From Octopus sinensis (lineage: Eukaryota), in contig NC_043006.1 of the NCBI RefSeq assembly GCF_006345805.1, positions 78,554,001 to 78,618,000 on the forward strand: a DNA stretch of 64,000 bases, in the 5' to 3' direction. Every line of letters begins with the position of its first letter. Within the stretch, counting starts at the first letter, position 1. The position numbers and the translations under genes were made by a program. The notes beneath the pieces are model-generated. The model did not search any database, was not told the origin of the DNA, and saw only the letters and a program-made list of their open reading frames with translations. Shown piece after piece: positions 12,913 to 26,175 of the stretch.

Positions 12913-13668
12913 GATAGTTGCTAGATGAAGAGCTTTTTGGCGGGCAACACTGGGTATTCGGGAAACTGTAACTGCCTGATTATTATGCTGACTAACTAAC
13001 TGGGCGTATGTCTATACTATTTCGTACCTCTCATCGTTCTTGGTTTAAAAATAAACTACAACCAGGATGTTTTGGGGAGATTTCTTCCTTGTTACATAAT
13101 ACACAAATACATACAAACATACAAACATATGCGCATATACATATATATATATATATTTATATATTGTATGCCTGTATGTATGCATGTATGTAAATATGTA
13201 TGTAAGTATGTATGCGTGCGTGTATGAATAAGTGCATATAGTGCATATATTTATGTTGATTTCCTCCAATGCACACCGGTGCAAGCGAAAGTTAACCTTG
13301 CTTGTCTTTACTCAAAATAAACCAGTTCGATTAGTTTTGCCTCGAATATTGATAATTGTTCTGAAATTCAGCAGCAACCACACCCGAAGTCACGGTTCAC
13401 TGGTTTTGTGTGTTTGTGTCTGTGTGTGTGTGTGTGTATACGCACGTGTGTGTTTGTGTGTGTGTACGCATGTGCGTGTGCATGTGTGTATATGAGTATT
13501 ATGTATGCATGCATGTATTTATATATGCATTCATGCATGTATGCATGTATGTATGCATGTATGTATGCATATATGTATGTCATATATATATATATGTATG
13601 ATGTATGCATGCATATATGCCTGCAGGCATATATGTATGCATGCAGGCATGTATGTATATAGAATACG

Positions 13669-13742
<74 letters not shown>

Positions 13743-14323
13743 TGTGTGTGTATAGAATACATGTGCGTGTATAGAATGCACTTCCTAGTGCTCAAGAGAT
13801 TTGAACTTGAGCAGGTAGGGGAGTAAATGCTATCCTGTGTAAAATGGGCCTTTTATTTGTATACACAGGTACATATTTTGTATTAAATGTATGTAATATT
13901 TTGCTTGCTTTTCCTTACATTTACTCCTCTATGTATGTATGTATGGCATTGTTCAGTTTTATTTCAAGATTTCTTGCCAATAGAGAAAGAACCGATTTCT
14001 CACCAAGACCCAAGGTTCCTTCATTGGAATTTCAACATCAACAACAGAGTATTTTTCTATGTATGCATGTATGTATGTATTTATATGTGCAGATTTGTAT
14101 ATTTTGCTTTATGTATGTAAAGAAAGCCTAAATATAGTTCCATCGCTGACATGGCTTAGCGGTGTGGTAAAAAGATTGTTTCTCAACCACATGGTTCCGG
14201 GTTCAATTCCACAGCATAGTACCTTGGGCGAGTGCCTTGTACGATAACCTTGTGCTGACCAAAGCCTTGAGAGTAGTGGATTTGGTGGGCGGAAACTGAA
14301 AGAAACTTGTGGTATATATATAT

Positions 14324-14366
<43 letters not shown>

Positions 14367-14400
14367 AAGGGTGAAAAGGAACACACGAGTTGATATATAT

Positions 14401-14815
14401 GAAAAATCAAGTCAAGATAGAAAATGCTAAAATAATTTTATAAAGAACATTTCAGTACCGGTTTCGGTCATTTTGAGACCTTTTAACTGTAACGATTAAA
14501 TAATTAAATTTAGAAAAATTAAAAGAAAAGTTTTTTTAAAGGAATATTTGTATAGTGTTCAAATATAAGTGGCATGTTCCAACGACCTGGAACACACAAG
14601 TGCAAACAAGAGAGACAGAGAAAGGCAGAAACAAGAAAAATGCCACTTATATTTGAACACTATACAAATATTCCTTTAAAAAAACTTTTCTTTTAATTTT
14701 TCTAAATTTAATTATTTAATCGTTACAGTTGAAAAGGTCTCAAAATGACCGAAACCGGTACTGAAATGTTCTTTATAAAATTATTTTAGCATTTTCTATC
14801 TTGACTTGTTTTTTC
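14401..14815. mobile_element. (TA)n-flanked fold-back element with ~175-bp inverted arms (14401-14575 / 14640-14815)
   Basis: Arms are reverse-complementary with one 1-nt indel and one mismatch; 64-nt spacer. Confidence 0.9.
14726..14763 (+). ncRNA. Minimal type I hammerhead ribozyme-like motif, U3:A8 core variant
   Basis: CAG-TTGAAAA-GGTC TCAAAAT GACC-GAA-ACCGGT-A-CTG; palindromic stem III; GUA triplet. Confidence 0.7.
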
Positions 14816-14975
14816 ATATATATATATATATATACACAGGTACATACATATTCTATCGGTTTCATTAGCCGAACTGCTGAGTTACATGACGTAAACAAGC
14901 CATTATCGGTCGTCCAATAATGGTGGAGGGATGAACAGAAACATAAAGGCGGTGTATATATATATATATATAATA

Positions 14976-15006
<31 letters not shown>

Positions 15007-15829
15007 CCTATAAGTGATCATCATTGTGTTTCTACACACCCCTACACCACAGCTGGACGACCGATGATGGCTCGTTTACGTCACGTAACTTAGCACTTCG
15101 GCAAAAGAAACCTATAGAATAATTACCAGTTATTTAAAGAAATTAATCAAATAATGGGATTAATTTTTTCGACTAAAACCCTTCAAGGCAGTGCTTCAGC
15201 ATGGCCGCAGTCCAATGAATGAGACAAGTAAAAAACAATTAATGAACCAAAAATTTGCAGGTTCAAATTCTTCATCTTCTGTAACGTCCCGAATGTAATT
15301 TTTATTTCTGTTTTCAAGTAAATACATCTGGTTGAGTGAGACTTTGTTAATGTTTTATTAATGAGGATAATATTGAACACAACAATATGAAAATAGTGAA
15401 TGAAGATAGTGTTACCGTGCAGTATCCGTGCGATCTATTGTGTTCGGGGCAATAAAAACTTGGCTCTTTTATTTAAAGTTAGGTAACTAATTAGTGATTA
15501 GTGATTTATTACTTAGACATAACATTTATAGAATGGGAAGTGTAGAGTCGATTGAATCTATCTCTGTTATTTTATTACAAGCCATTTTAATAACTCCCGG
15601 ATGAATGAAAACAAGGTTTAATTCGGATAAAATGATGAAGATAAAACTGAATGATAAAGACACCTGCAAGTACTACACGCGCAAGAACATCTATACGGTT
15701 AAGAAGTTCGTTTTGCTACCACGTCGTTTTGGGTTCAATCTCACTGCGTGGCACCTTAGGCAGGCTATAGCTATAGCTCCGGGCCGATCAATGCCTTGTG
15801 AGTGTATCTGGAATACAGAAGAGCCCGTC

Positions 15830-15869
<40 letters not shown>

Positions 15870-16124
15870 GGCGGTGGAGAGAGTGTGTGAGTTCGTGCGC
15901 GCGTGTATGTGTGTTTTTGTCCACGCACACATCGCTTGATAACCGGAGTTAATTTGTTTATTTCTCCGTAAAACAGCGGTTCGGTAAATGGCACCGATAG
16001 AATAAGTATCATTCTTTAAAAATATTGACTATGGTCGATGGTTTTTTTTGTTTGTTTGTTTTTTTTTTGTGGGGGGTGAGGGGTTGTTTTGTTTTTCTGA
16101 TAGGCACTTGGTACATCACCTACA

Positions 16125-16512
16125 GGGAAGGAAGCACTCCGTCGGTTACGACGAGGAGGGTTCCGGTTGATCCGATCAACGGAACAGCCTGCTCGTGAAA
16201 TTAACGTGTAAGTGGCTGAGCACTCCACAGACACGTGTACCCTTAACGTAGTTCTCGTGGATATTCAGCGTGACACAGAGAGTGACAAGGCCGGCCCTTT
16301 GAAATACAGGTACAACAGAAACAGGAAGTAAGAGTGAGAGAAAGTTGTGGTGAAAGAGTACAGCAGGGATCACCACCATCCCCTGCCGGAGCCTCGTGGA
16401 GCTTTAGGTGTTTTCGCTCAATAAACACTCACAACGCCCGGTCTGGGAATCGAAACCGCGATCCTACGACCGCGAGTCCGCTGCTCTAACCACTGGGCCA
16501 TTGCGCCTCCAC
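16125..16512 (-). mobile_element. tRNA-derived SINE family C (GTGGAGGCGCAATGGCCCAGTGG head) with 13-bp TSD
   Basis: TSD TACATCACCTACA at 16112-16124 and 16513-16525; near-identical to 54357-54740. Confidence 0.9.
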
Positions 16513-16573
16513 TACATCACCTACAAGGTGATGCTCCACTACGGCCACATTCTAAAATATATACATTACTTAC

Positions 16574-16702
16574 CTGGCTGTTCAAGAAATCTCTGTACTG
16601 AGACTCTTCTTTTCTGATATCTTTACAGCGAGACCTCATATTTTCCATGGCTTCATGAACACATGCATTGTTTGTTCCGAAAGGCGTGCCTCCCACCATA
16701 TC
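16574..16702 (-). CDS. Internal coding exon of an unidentified gene (DMVGGTPFGTNNACVHEAMENMRSRCKDIRKEESQYRDFLNSQ)
   Basis: Acceptor TTTCAG, donor CAG|GTAAGT, 129 nt, open only in phase 0-0. Confidence 0.7.
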
Positions 16703-17622
16703 CTGAAATTAAATGTTTTTTTTTTTATTTAAACACAAGGTAAGGCAGCGAGTTAGCAGAATCGTTAGCACACCAGGCAAAATGCTTAGCGGCATTTTGT
16801 ACGTCTTTACGTTCTGAGATCAAATTTCGACTAGGTCAACTTTGTCTTTCATTCCTTTGGTATTTATAAAATAAACATCAGTTAAGCACCAGGGTTGCTG
16901 TAATCGTCTTAATTCCTCCTACCAATATTAATTGCCTTGTGCCAAAATTTGAAACCAATTTAGACGCAAGGCAAGGGCAATAATATCAATGGAGGTGGTA
17001 GTTGATTTCATCGACTCTAATAATCGACTGGGATCGACTCTGGGGGAACGAAAACAAATGTGACTTCGAAGGGATTTGAACTTAGAACATAAAGAACCGT
17101 AACAAATACATGGCATTTTTTCCGACACTAATGGTTCAGTCAGCTCGGCTTTCGCCATAAGTAGTTCGAACTTTATTCTTACAGCGCTGGTTTCTTTTTT
17201 CTGTTATGGCGTGCTGACGATTCTAAATAAAGATGAAAAGTTCTGTACGTGGCTAACAACGACTGAAAATTTTAAGGTCATTATAATGTGAAGGGAAAAG
17301 AAATATTAAGTATTATATGCTTCTTCTGTATTCTTTGATTAAAAATTCAAACTACCAGTCCCGCATTAACTTAACCTAGAAGGGATTGACTCCGCTTTCA
17401 GGAGCACGCCACGCGTATGGTTTCTTTTAACTAGTTACAAATCTGCTGGATTCAAGAGGGAAAGCAGCCGTACAGGACGAATTATATAAGAGGAAAGAGT
17501 CTATTGATTTTCACCATGATTAAATAGCCGTTCGTGGTCTGTACTCTGTGGAGAACCATGAAGTGGTAACACAAAGTGTCTATGCAAAGACAAGTTTAGG
17601 AAGAGTGATCTACAGAAACAAA

Positions 17623-17672
<50 letters not shown>

Positions 17673-17715
17673 ATATATATATTATATATATATATATATA
17701 CAGATATATATATAT

Positions 17716-17750
<35 letters not shown>

Positions 17751-18019
17751 GATATATATATATATATACAGATATATATATATATATCATATATATATAC
17801 AGATATATATATATATAGATATATATATATATACAGATTATATATATATATTATATATATATCTATATATACAGATAATATATATATATATTATATATAT
17901 ATAATATATATATAATATTATATATATATATACAGATATATATATATATAATATACAGATATATATATATATATATATATAATATATATATATATATTAT
18001 ATATATATCTATATATATA

Positions 18020-18059
<40 letters not shown>

Positions 18060-18852
18060 TATATATATATATATATATATATACAGTGTTATGTCGAATG
18101 GAGCTGAAGTAAAAAGAATAGGATCGAATGTGAATGGATTTTTGTATCATTTTACAGAGAAGGTGAATTGAGAAATGTTAGGCAAGACCCTTTTGACAAG
18201 GACGTAGCAAGAATTAAAATAAGAATGTTATGAGTTGGCCAAATGTGTCCTTTGCTCTTTTAATAGTTATTTTTTATGTAATTATTATTTTTTTTTGTAG
18301 CTGAATACATCCTGGGAATATTTTCAAGGAAGTTGTTAATAAACTGTAGTTTACTAGTCCGGCTACAGTACAGTATACAGGAATTAGTCAGCAGTTGGAA
18401 GGTCATGCTCAAGAAAACTAAACTTTCATGACGCCAAAAGTCCATGACTTGGGTGGGCCACATCCAAAATTAGAGTTGAATGGGAAATGGCATTTATATG
18501 TTTTGGCTTGGTGTCGAGCCCTTTTGAAAAGAAAAGAACCTAATAGGAAGTAACAATGTTTCATATCTTCGAAGTATATTAGTAATAAGTGTTTTGCTCA
18601 AGGACACGACGCAGTACCTGGTCCAGGAGTTGAAACTACAATCTCGCGATCGTAAGTCCAACACCCAAACCACTAGGTCATGCGCCCTCAGCACACACTT
18701 GTATGCATTCATACATCCCCCACACATATACATGTAACCATGCGCGCACACACATGCACACACTCACTCACCACACACACTAACACACACAAACACATAT
18801 ATACTACACACGCAGACACACATTCTCGAGACATATTTCATACAAATTTTAC

Positions 18853-18966
18853 CTGTCTTTTTTCGGCCCACTCTGAACATTCTTTGACTTTCGACATGCT
18901 TGCAGGGGACATTAAACTGCCGTCGTCTTCCTGAATAAGTTTTGATTCAATTGATTTCATTGTGAT
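18853..18966 (-). CDS. Coding exon of the same unidentified gene (ITMKSIESKLIQEDDGSLMSPASMSKVKECSEWAEKRQ); may contain the start codon
   Basis: Acceptor TTTTCTTCATTGCAG, donor CAG|GTAAAA, 114 nt, open only in phase 0-0; joins in frame to 16702. Confidence 0.7.
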
Positions 18967-21240
18967 CTGCAATGAAGAAAATGGTAAGAATTATATTGGG
19001 ACTAAATAGTAAAATCAGACACGGGCAATTCAAAGCAATTTTGCAGGGGTCAACTTTGCCTTTCATTCCCTCGGGGTCGATAAAATAAGTATCAATCAAG
19101 CACTGGGTTTAATGTAATCGACTTATCCCTCCCCTCAAAAACTTTTGACCCCATACCAAAATTGGAAACCATTATTATTGTTTGTAGTAGTAGGAATTGA
19201 ACTCAGAACAGATAGTGCATTTATTCCGATGTTCTAACGATTCTGCCAGTTCGCCGCTGCCTTTCATGAATTTAAAATGGAATTATTTATGAGTTGTTTA
19301 ACGTTTATAGAATCAATACGAATACTTGTGGTTCACCAGTAAAATAAAAAAGGATTATAAGCACTTGTCTTAGATTTCATTTAAGGAACCTACATTTGCC
19401 AGGCATGTTTCACATTGACATCTTAAATACTTGTTAATTTCTTTGTAATTACAATAGACTCTTTTAAAGTTAAATTTAGAATAACGACATGAAAGTCAAA
19501 TTAACGACGGCCCTAATGAACGTCAGGTAGACTAATTAATATAGATTATCAACTTAATTAGATTTTTTCCTATCTTACGTTGATACTAAAAGTTTCCTTG
19601 TATGCCTTGTGCCGGAGATCAAATTTACGTCAATTCTTTTATTCTTTTACTTGTTTCAGCCATGTGGCTGCGGTCATGCTGGAGCACCGTTAAACATATT
19701 ATAGAAGTAAAAAAAGTATTTTGTCAGGATGTGTTTTGACTATGATAATTATTTACGTAAGTTAAGGACTTTGTACATTCTATTATACTAGTATATAACT
19801 TATTCCAGCAATTGGACAGCGGCCATATTGGAGCACCACTTTATGTTGAACAAATTGGCCCCAGTACTTATTTTAAGTCCGATACTTACTCTATCGGGAG
19901 TTTCTGTCGAACCGCTAGATTACTGGGATGGAAACGAGCCAATGTGCGATTTGTTTTTGAGCAAGGCAATACATTTCAGGTTGGTTCAGTCAACTCAACT
20001 GGAAATGATGCAACTCCCCACTCTCTCACTCTCTTCAGCTGTCATATCTTGGAAGATGCATTTCGAGTGGGGTGGGACCCGATAAAATGTCTATGTCTGC
20101 TCATGATTACATAAGCACCTAAAACAACTAGCGAAAGTATCATATATGTTACATAGCCATAATTGCTTGCGAGCGAGTGAGCGCTAGCTGTTCGTACTAA
20201 TGGTCTTCACTATTAGCCTTTGTTAATGTGGCAAGTTGGCAGAATCGTTAGCACACCGGACAAACTGGTTAGTGGCATTTACTCCGTGTTTACATTCTGG
20301 GTTCAAACTCCACCGAAGTCAACTTTGCTTTTCCTCCTTTCGGGGACAATAAAATAAGCACCAATCAAGCATTGAGGTCGGTGTAATCGACTAGTCCCTC
20401 CCACAAAATTCCAGGTCGTGTGCCTTTAGCAGAAATCTGTGTTTTACATTTCCCTTATAATAAATGCATCGCATTATATTATTGTAATTTTTTTCTTCCA
20501 GGTTTGTCAACAACAGTTTGAAATCGTAACATAAAAAATGAAAATATAAAAATACAAACGATGTATTTTGTATGAGAATGTAAAGAAGCAATTTTCCTTT
20601 ATTAATGTAAAATGTCTCCATCCACTCACATCATTTCGATTTTCTGATTTTAGTAGTTTCCTTTATGGTACCCGTTCTTTTGAGAAAGGCATGAACTTTA
20701 TCTGTAATTCCTTCCTCTTTTAATAAATAGGTGACTACGTTCCTTCATTAAGAAATTAATTTACCCGTAATTAAAAATCAAACAGGATGGTTTTCAGTTA
20801 ATTAGAATATGTTAATTTCATCGCAACAGTAAATGTAAACTCTAACCTATCTCACAGAAGTGAATTTACATTCAGGATGCTTGTTTTCAAAATAACTATC
20901 TGGATTCTACATTAGCAGATTCATATTACGAGCATAGAATTAGTTTACAGAACAAGGTCAATCTACCATATATACCATATAAAACCATACTGGCATCATC
21001 ACCAGAAATATTCCAATAAGTTAATGATTGTTTCTAATTTAGCTACAAGCCCAGAAACTTTGAGTAAAGGATTTGTTGGTAACATTGATCCCTTAACTTC
21101 TCTGGTGCATTAGTTTATAAATTCTACTTTGCTCGAGTGACAAAAATCATGTCAACTCGTCAATTAAACAATGGTGATGTTCAATTCGTAATGTTGGCCT
21201 CAGATAATCTTTTTTCCTCTTAATCTCCTGAGACTATTTT

Positions 21241-21668
21241 AGGATCTTTTCGGTTTGAACGGCAGTTTTTAACGTAATTTCTAGGTAACTAAAAGATTTT
21301 AAACTTCGTATACTGTTAGAATGTGTTTATAAAACATATTTTTCTCTTGGCTTTATTGAGAAAATTCTATAGTTTGTAACATATTTGTTTTTGTTTTTTT
21401 TCAATTTCAGCAATTTCAACCAATCAATGACGTCCATTGAGGTAAACAACATTCTGTGCCGTATGAATATGTCCCTCGTTTAAGAAACAGATTGAGTTTA
21501 TTTACATTTGTGAAGAAAAGAAGATACCCTTCCCCCACCCCTAACCCTAACTAACCCTAACCCTAAAACAGATTGAAATGCAATAGATCGATACTAGAGT
21601 CATAATAATGGGTGACAATTTCATATGACACCGCTAGAAAAAACTGCCGTTCAAACCGAAAAGATCCC
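21241..21668 (+). mobile_element. MITE with ~30-bp TIRs (GGGATCTTTTCGGTTTGAACGGCAGTTTTT), 6-bp TSD and internal (CCCTAA)n
   Basis: TSD TATTTT at 21235-21240 and 21669-21674; second copy at 57396. Confidence 0.92.
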
Positions 21669-22137
21669 TATTTTACACTAAACAGCATTTTTCTAGTGGT
21701 ACCCAACGTCTCAAAAAAAGTACTTGGAATGGCTTTTGTTACAGCATACGGGTAGATGCAAATGGCCTGACCATATACGTGAGAATAAGAGAAGTACTAG
21801 TTGTGGAATTCAGACTTCTACATGATTATTAGTGATTAAATAAGGAAGAGAAGTAGACTTAAAGGGAAAACGAAACCAGAATCTTAATTTTGAGTGTTTA
21901 ACGCTATCTAGGAAACCGCAGAAAATCTAATTTGAAATAATTATGTTAATTTATAATCTTTGTTGCAATACTTTTCTCGTGAGCGTCCTCATAAGGGAAA
22001 GGAAATGTGGTTGCTATTTGAATATTTTCCTAAGTTATTCACTCTGCAAACCATAGGAAGGAAATGCGTCCTGATTTCAGCAGTGAGAATCAACTGAAAA
22101 TTATTGCATGATTACTTAATTAGGCAGAAATTATCAG

Positions 22138-22159
22138 ATTTACGGTGGAAGCAAACATG
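22138..22159 (+). CDS. Candidate start-codon exon (ATG 22157-22159) of an NT-C2-like gene
   Basis: CAAACATG|GTAAAT; phase 0 join to 22348. Confidence 0.4.
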
Positions 22160-22347
22160 GTAAATTACAATGTTCGTGAGATAACTAAAGTAAAGAGAAA
22201 CTTTCAAACTCGTTCAGCTGGGAAAGGGATCCAAGACTTAGTGGGAATCGATCCCATGACTGCAAAAGGCAGAGGAAGAAATGATTACATATAGTTCAAC
22301 TGAAATTGTATTTAAATATTACAGGTTAATATATTCTAATAGTTCAG

Positions 22348-22436
22348 AGTAACGACTTGGAAAAATCACTTGAGCGTCGGAGACAAACTAGCTTTACAAT
22401 ATACGGCCAATCTCTTTACGTTCAAGTCACGCCAGG
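22348..22436 (+). CDS. NT-C2-like gene exon (SNDLEKSLERRRQTSFTIYGQSLYVQVTP)
   Basis: Acceptor TTCAG, open frame, phase 0-2. An alternative donor at 22470 gives phase 0. Confidence 0.5.
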
Positions 22437-22967
22437 GTTAAGTTGTGCTTTTGAAACTGATGAAAATAAGGTACAAGTCAAGTACTGAGACCGACTCCCT
22501 CAAATCTGAACTCGGAACAGCAAGAGACCAGCAGAATGAATCATAAGTAAACTGGCACAAAGCAACAGGAAACACTTGCTGCACTTATCTCAAGAAAATT
22601 CATGTATCAAGTTCTGGCATGGACGTCCATGATCACGGAAGTCTGTAGTTGTGGCACATGACAAAATGGAAGAGCAACAGAGAAAGAGAGAGAGAGAAAA
22701 GGGTGTCTCAATGTTTCAGCCCTGAAAACTGAATAGACTAAAATAGAGATATTCTGACGCATAAAGAGAGAAACAAAAAGAGAGGAGAAGAGAAAGTGAT
22801 GAGATTAGGGTGGTTGTCTCAGTGACTCAGCCTACAAAATAGTAGAATATAATACAGATGTTAAAATCCACATTGAAAACTGCTGATGCACATTATAATT
22901 CAGGCTCTATATACTTCTTTTAAATTCAGCTTGGCGTGAAACATTTTAAAACTAATATCTTATTTAG

Positions 22968-23063
22968 ACTTGTACGTGTCGCTCGGCACGTTAAGGCCTT
23001 AAGAATACAGGAATATACTCAAGCCCCCGACGCTGCTACTCCAATAAAAACAGCCGATAACAA
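22968..23063 (+). CDS. NT-C2-like gene exon (LVRVARHVKALRIQEYTQAPDAATPIKTADN)
   Basis: Acceptor TATTTAG, donor GTAAAA, 96 nt, phase 2-2. Confidence 0.55.
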
Positions 23064-23433
23064 GTAAAATAACATAAAGGAATCACACCGTTCACCGTTG
23101 AGAATCACATTTTGTAAAGCTTAACAAATAAGAAAAAATACCAAATTCAGTATTAATACTTTGATACTATGTCTAAAGAATACGGTTCCCATACGTTCGT
23201 AGGTGAATAAAAGAAATTTTTACACCGTTGTACAAAGTCCTTTTTATACCGCAACTTACGATATTGAAAGGTAATTAAACGTAATGATATTGTTATTTTA
23301 CATAAATATGATCTGACTTTCACTAGTTTATAAAGTCGATCGTATAGAGCGTGAAATATTTCGTTTAGTATAAATATTACTAGCTCTATATCAATGATCT
23401 GCTGTAACAACAGAGCGTGAAGTTTTCCAACAG

Positions 23434-23471
23434 CGACTGTGCGAAATGGGAAAACTGTGTAATATGGATGG
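23434..23471 (+). CDS. NT-C2-like gene micro-exon (DCAKWENCVIWM)
   Basis: Acceptor TTTTCCAACAG; weak donor GTGTTT; phase 2-1 bridges its neighbours; resembles the NT-C2 A.WE motif. Confidence 0.45.
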
Positions 23472-24830
23472 GTGTTTATACATGTGAACTGTGTGCGAGT
23501 GTATGTGTGTCTCTAGCGGCGTGATTTATTGATAGAGCTGTGTATGCATATCTGTCTGTATGTGTAAGTAGCAATGTGTGTGTGTTGTGCGTGTGTGTGC
23601 GTGCATGCTTGTGTCTGTGTAACGACAAACTTTGAATGTTTGTGCAGAAATACAGACTGGTAGTAAGAAACGAATAAATTTGACAGTAAATGATATATAT
23701 ATATAATACAAAATGGGACAAGAACTCAAAATATCGAAACGGCTAGGTGATACAAAAAGGGACGATAAAACATCCAGATAGACGATACAAAGAAAACAAG
23801 GACGGGTCATTCGGAGTTTTCTTTCCTCAGTCGAGTTCCAGATTATCTTTGCAATTTCGGCTGGTTATAGTCGAGATTGCTCCAATCTGGCCATCCCCAA
23901 ACTAAGCTAAGAGCATTAGATTCCTTGGAAGAAAACAGCGAATGTATACGAAAACAAGGACGAAAAAAAAACGGAGAATGTTACACAAATACAAATAACA
24001 GGACATAACAACAGGTGTCTTTCGACTAAGGACGAATTAAATTAAGCTGGCGTGTGTGGAAATAGAGCCTAACGGCAGGGATACAAGATTTCACAGGCAC
24101 AGGAAGGAATATAGATGTTACCCGAACAACGGCGTGCATATGTATATAAGTGGCACTCTGTTGGTTACGATGACGAGGGTTCCAGTTGCTTCGATCAATC
24201 GAACAGCCTGCTCGAGAAATTAACATGCAAGTGGTTAAGCACTCCACAGACATGCGCACACTTAACGTAGTTTGCAGTAAGATTCAGCGTGATACAGAAT
24301 GTGACAAGGCCGGTCCTTGAATTACATTTTCGCCTGTTGAGTAGACTGGAATAAGGGGAAATAAGACGTCTTGTTCAGGACAAAACGCACCGCCGGGGAA
24401 CGACATCACAGCCTTATAATCGTAAGCTGAATACCCGAACCATTTGGCCATGCACCTTCACTATTTACAACACACACGCACAAATACACACACACACATA
24501 CAGAGAGGGCGAGAGAAGGGGAGTGAGATAGGGATATAGGGAAAAAAGAGTTTTATTGAAATTGAAGCTAAGAATTTATCTCGTGAGTTGAGTTTCGCGC
24601 CACTGCGATCTTTAGGCAGGACAAATTCTCATCTGTCATTTCGACAGAAAAAAGCACTGAGTTCTATAACGCTGTTAAAATCCGGTATATTATTGCTTTA
24701 AAGCAATAGCGAGAACAGACATAGCATTTCATAAAGTTAAAAACTGGGTGAAAAGAATATTCTGAACAGACTATTAACAGAAAAGTATAGCAATCTTATT
24801 GGTGTTTGAAAACCTTCATTTTCTCTACAG

Positions 24831-24880
24831 CTGTTTCCATAACCTACACGGAAAACGGAAAGGTTGTGAACCAAGTGATA
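24831..24880 (+). CDS. NT-C2-like gene exon (AVSITYTENGKVVNQVI)
   Basis: Strong acceptor TTCATTTTCTCTACAG; phase 1-0. An in-frame donor alternative exists at 24874. Confidence 0.6.
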
Positions 24881-24949
24881 GTTATGTACTTATTAATTGC
24901 AGTTTTTAAATTAATTTAATTGAATTAGAATTAAAAGTCATTTCCCCAG

Positions 24950-24989
24950 GAATGTTTTGTGGAATATGAAAATCAGATCATTGTTTCAG
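24950..24989 (+). CDS. NT-C2-like gene exon (ECFVEYENQIIVS)
   Basis: Acceptor TTTCCCCAG, donor CAG|GTAAGC, phase 0-1. Confidence 0.65.
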
Positions 24990-25642
24990 GTAAGCTTTAC
25001 TTAAACACGCGTATTTTATTTTATTTATTTTTTCGCTATGTTTTATAATCTTCAATGACGATTAACAAATCTCATCTCTAGTAATTTTCAATAAATATAA
25101 TCAATATTGATTTTAAATTTTGGCACAAGGATGGCAAAATAGGGACTAAGTCGATCCCATTGTCCAACTGATACTTATTTTATTGACCTCGAGCTTGGCG
25201 GAATTTGAACACAGAACTAAGCATTTTACCCAGCGCGGTAATGATTCTGCCAGCTCTCTGCCTTCTGCATATGATTAATATTAATATTAATTAAACTGTA
25301 AACTGTAACACGTCACACTTGCCACCAGCATCTCACACCATTATGTAGTAGTCTCTACGAAGTAGCACGAGTTGCTAGAAACAACAGCCAAATGTTGTCC
25401 ATATTACACTCTATTGTTTAAAATATAAAATATAGATGAGATGGCCATTGCTGAAACGCCTTTGATGAGATGTTCACTCAATCAGTTTTAACTTCGCTAT
25501 TCTACTTAGTCAAAACGAGAAAACAAAGCTACATCTACTAGAAATAGCAACTAAACTCGAAGAGTTCTAGATCAGTAGTTCTCTTGAAATTCCATAATCT
25601 CATACCTCGTGGAAAGAAGGGAAAAAAAACTTTATTTCCTCA

Positions 25643-25673
<31 letters not shown>

Positions 25674-26175
25674 ATATATTTGCCTATTCTTTTCTTGGTT
25701 TTATATATCAGAAATTACGATTTTGAAAATTATGATTTTTATCCACAAAATTTTAGATGTAACAGTTTTGTCCCCGCTTCCATATTCGTTACCTTATCGC
25801 GAGGCATAGAAATCCGAGGGACAAGTATTTCAAAACTCAGCAGCTAAAATTCACTTGATCTTCACAAATCTACTTTAAAAAAAGAATAAATAAATAACAA
25901 GGCGGTCACTGCTGCAAAGCGTTTTATTGTAGGCTTGTTCAACCAGTGTTTACGTGCAGCTAAAAGAAAAACAACAATAAGTACCTCTTCGTAAAAAGGC
26001 TGTTAACACACCTTCTATGCTGTTTGCAGAAATATATTTATGCTATACGTTTTACACTTTCACTGATAAGTGCTTTCATAATGTGCACCCATGGGTTAAT
26101 CTTCCACAATTAGAAGAACAGTTCAAATGAATACGAAGCTAAGCCTACTTAAAGCAGACTTCTTACAGGTATATA

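Noticed and set aside
15248-15327. Possible third exon of the orphan minus-strand gene (MYLLENRNKNYIRDVTEDEEFEPANF)
   Set aside because: It is in phase but has a weak donor, and there is a competing plus-strand exon reading.
12254-16116. Identical 16-mer TAGGCACTTGGTACAT at 12254 and 16101
   Set aside because: Flanking similarity is too short to distinguish a paralogous acceptor from a decayed repeat or chance.
17183-17262. Minus-strand exon candidate with good splice sites (phase 0-2)
   Set aside because: Its phase is incompatible with the 16702 exon and no bridging exon was found.
21539-21566. (CCCTAA)n as an interstitial telomere
   Set aside because: It is internal to a MITE and present in both copies.
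23797-23835. CUGAGGA-containing hammerhead candidate in the 23.7-24.1 kb repeat
   Set aside because: GAAA is replaced by GAAU and stems II and III are not convincing.
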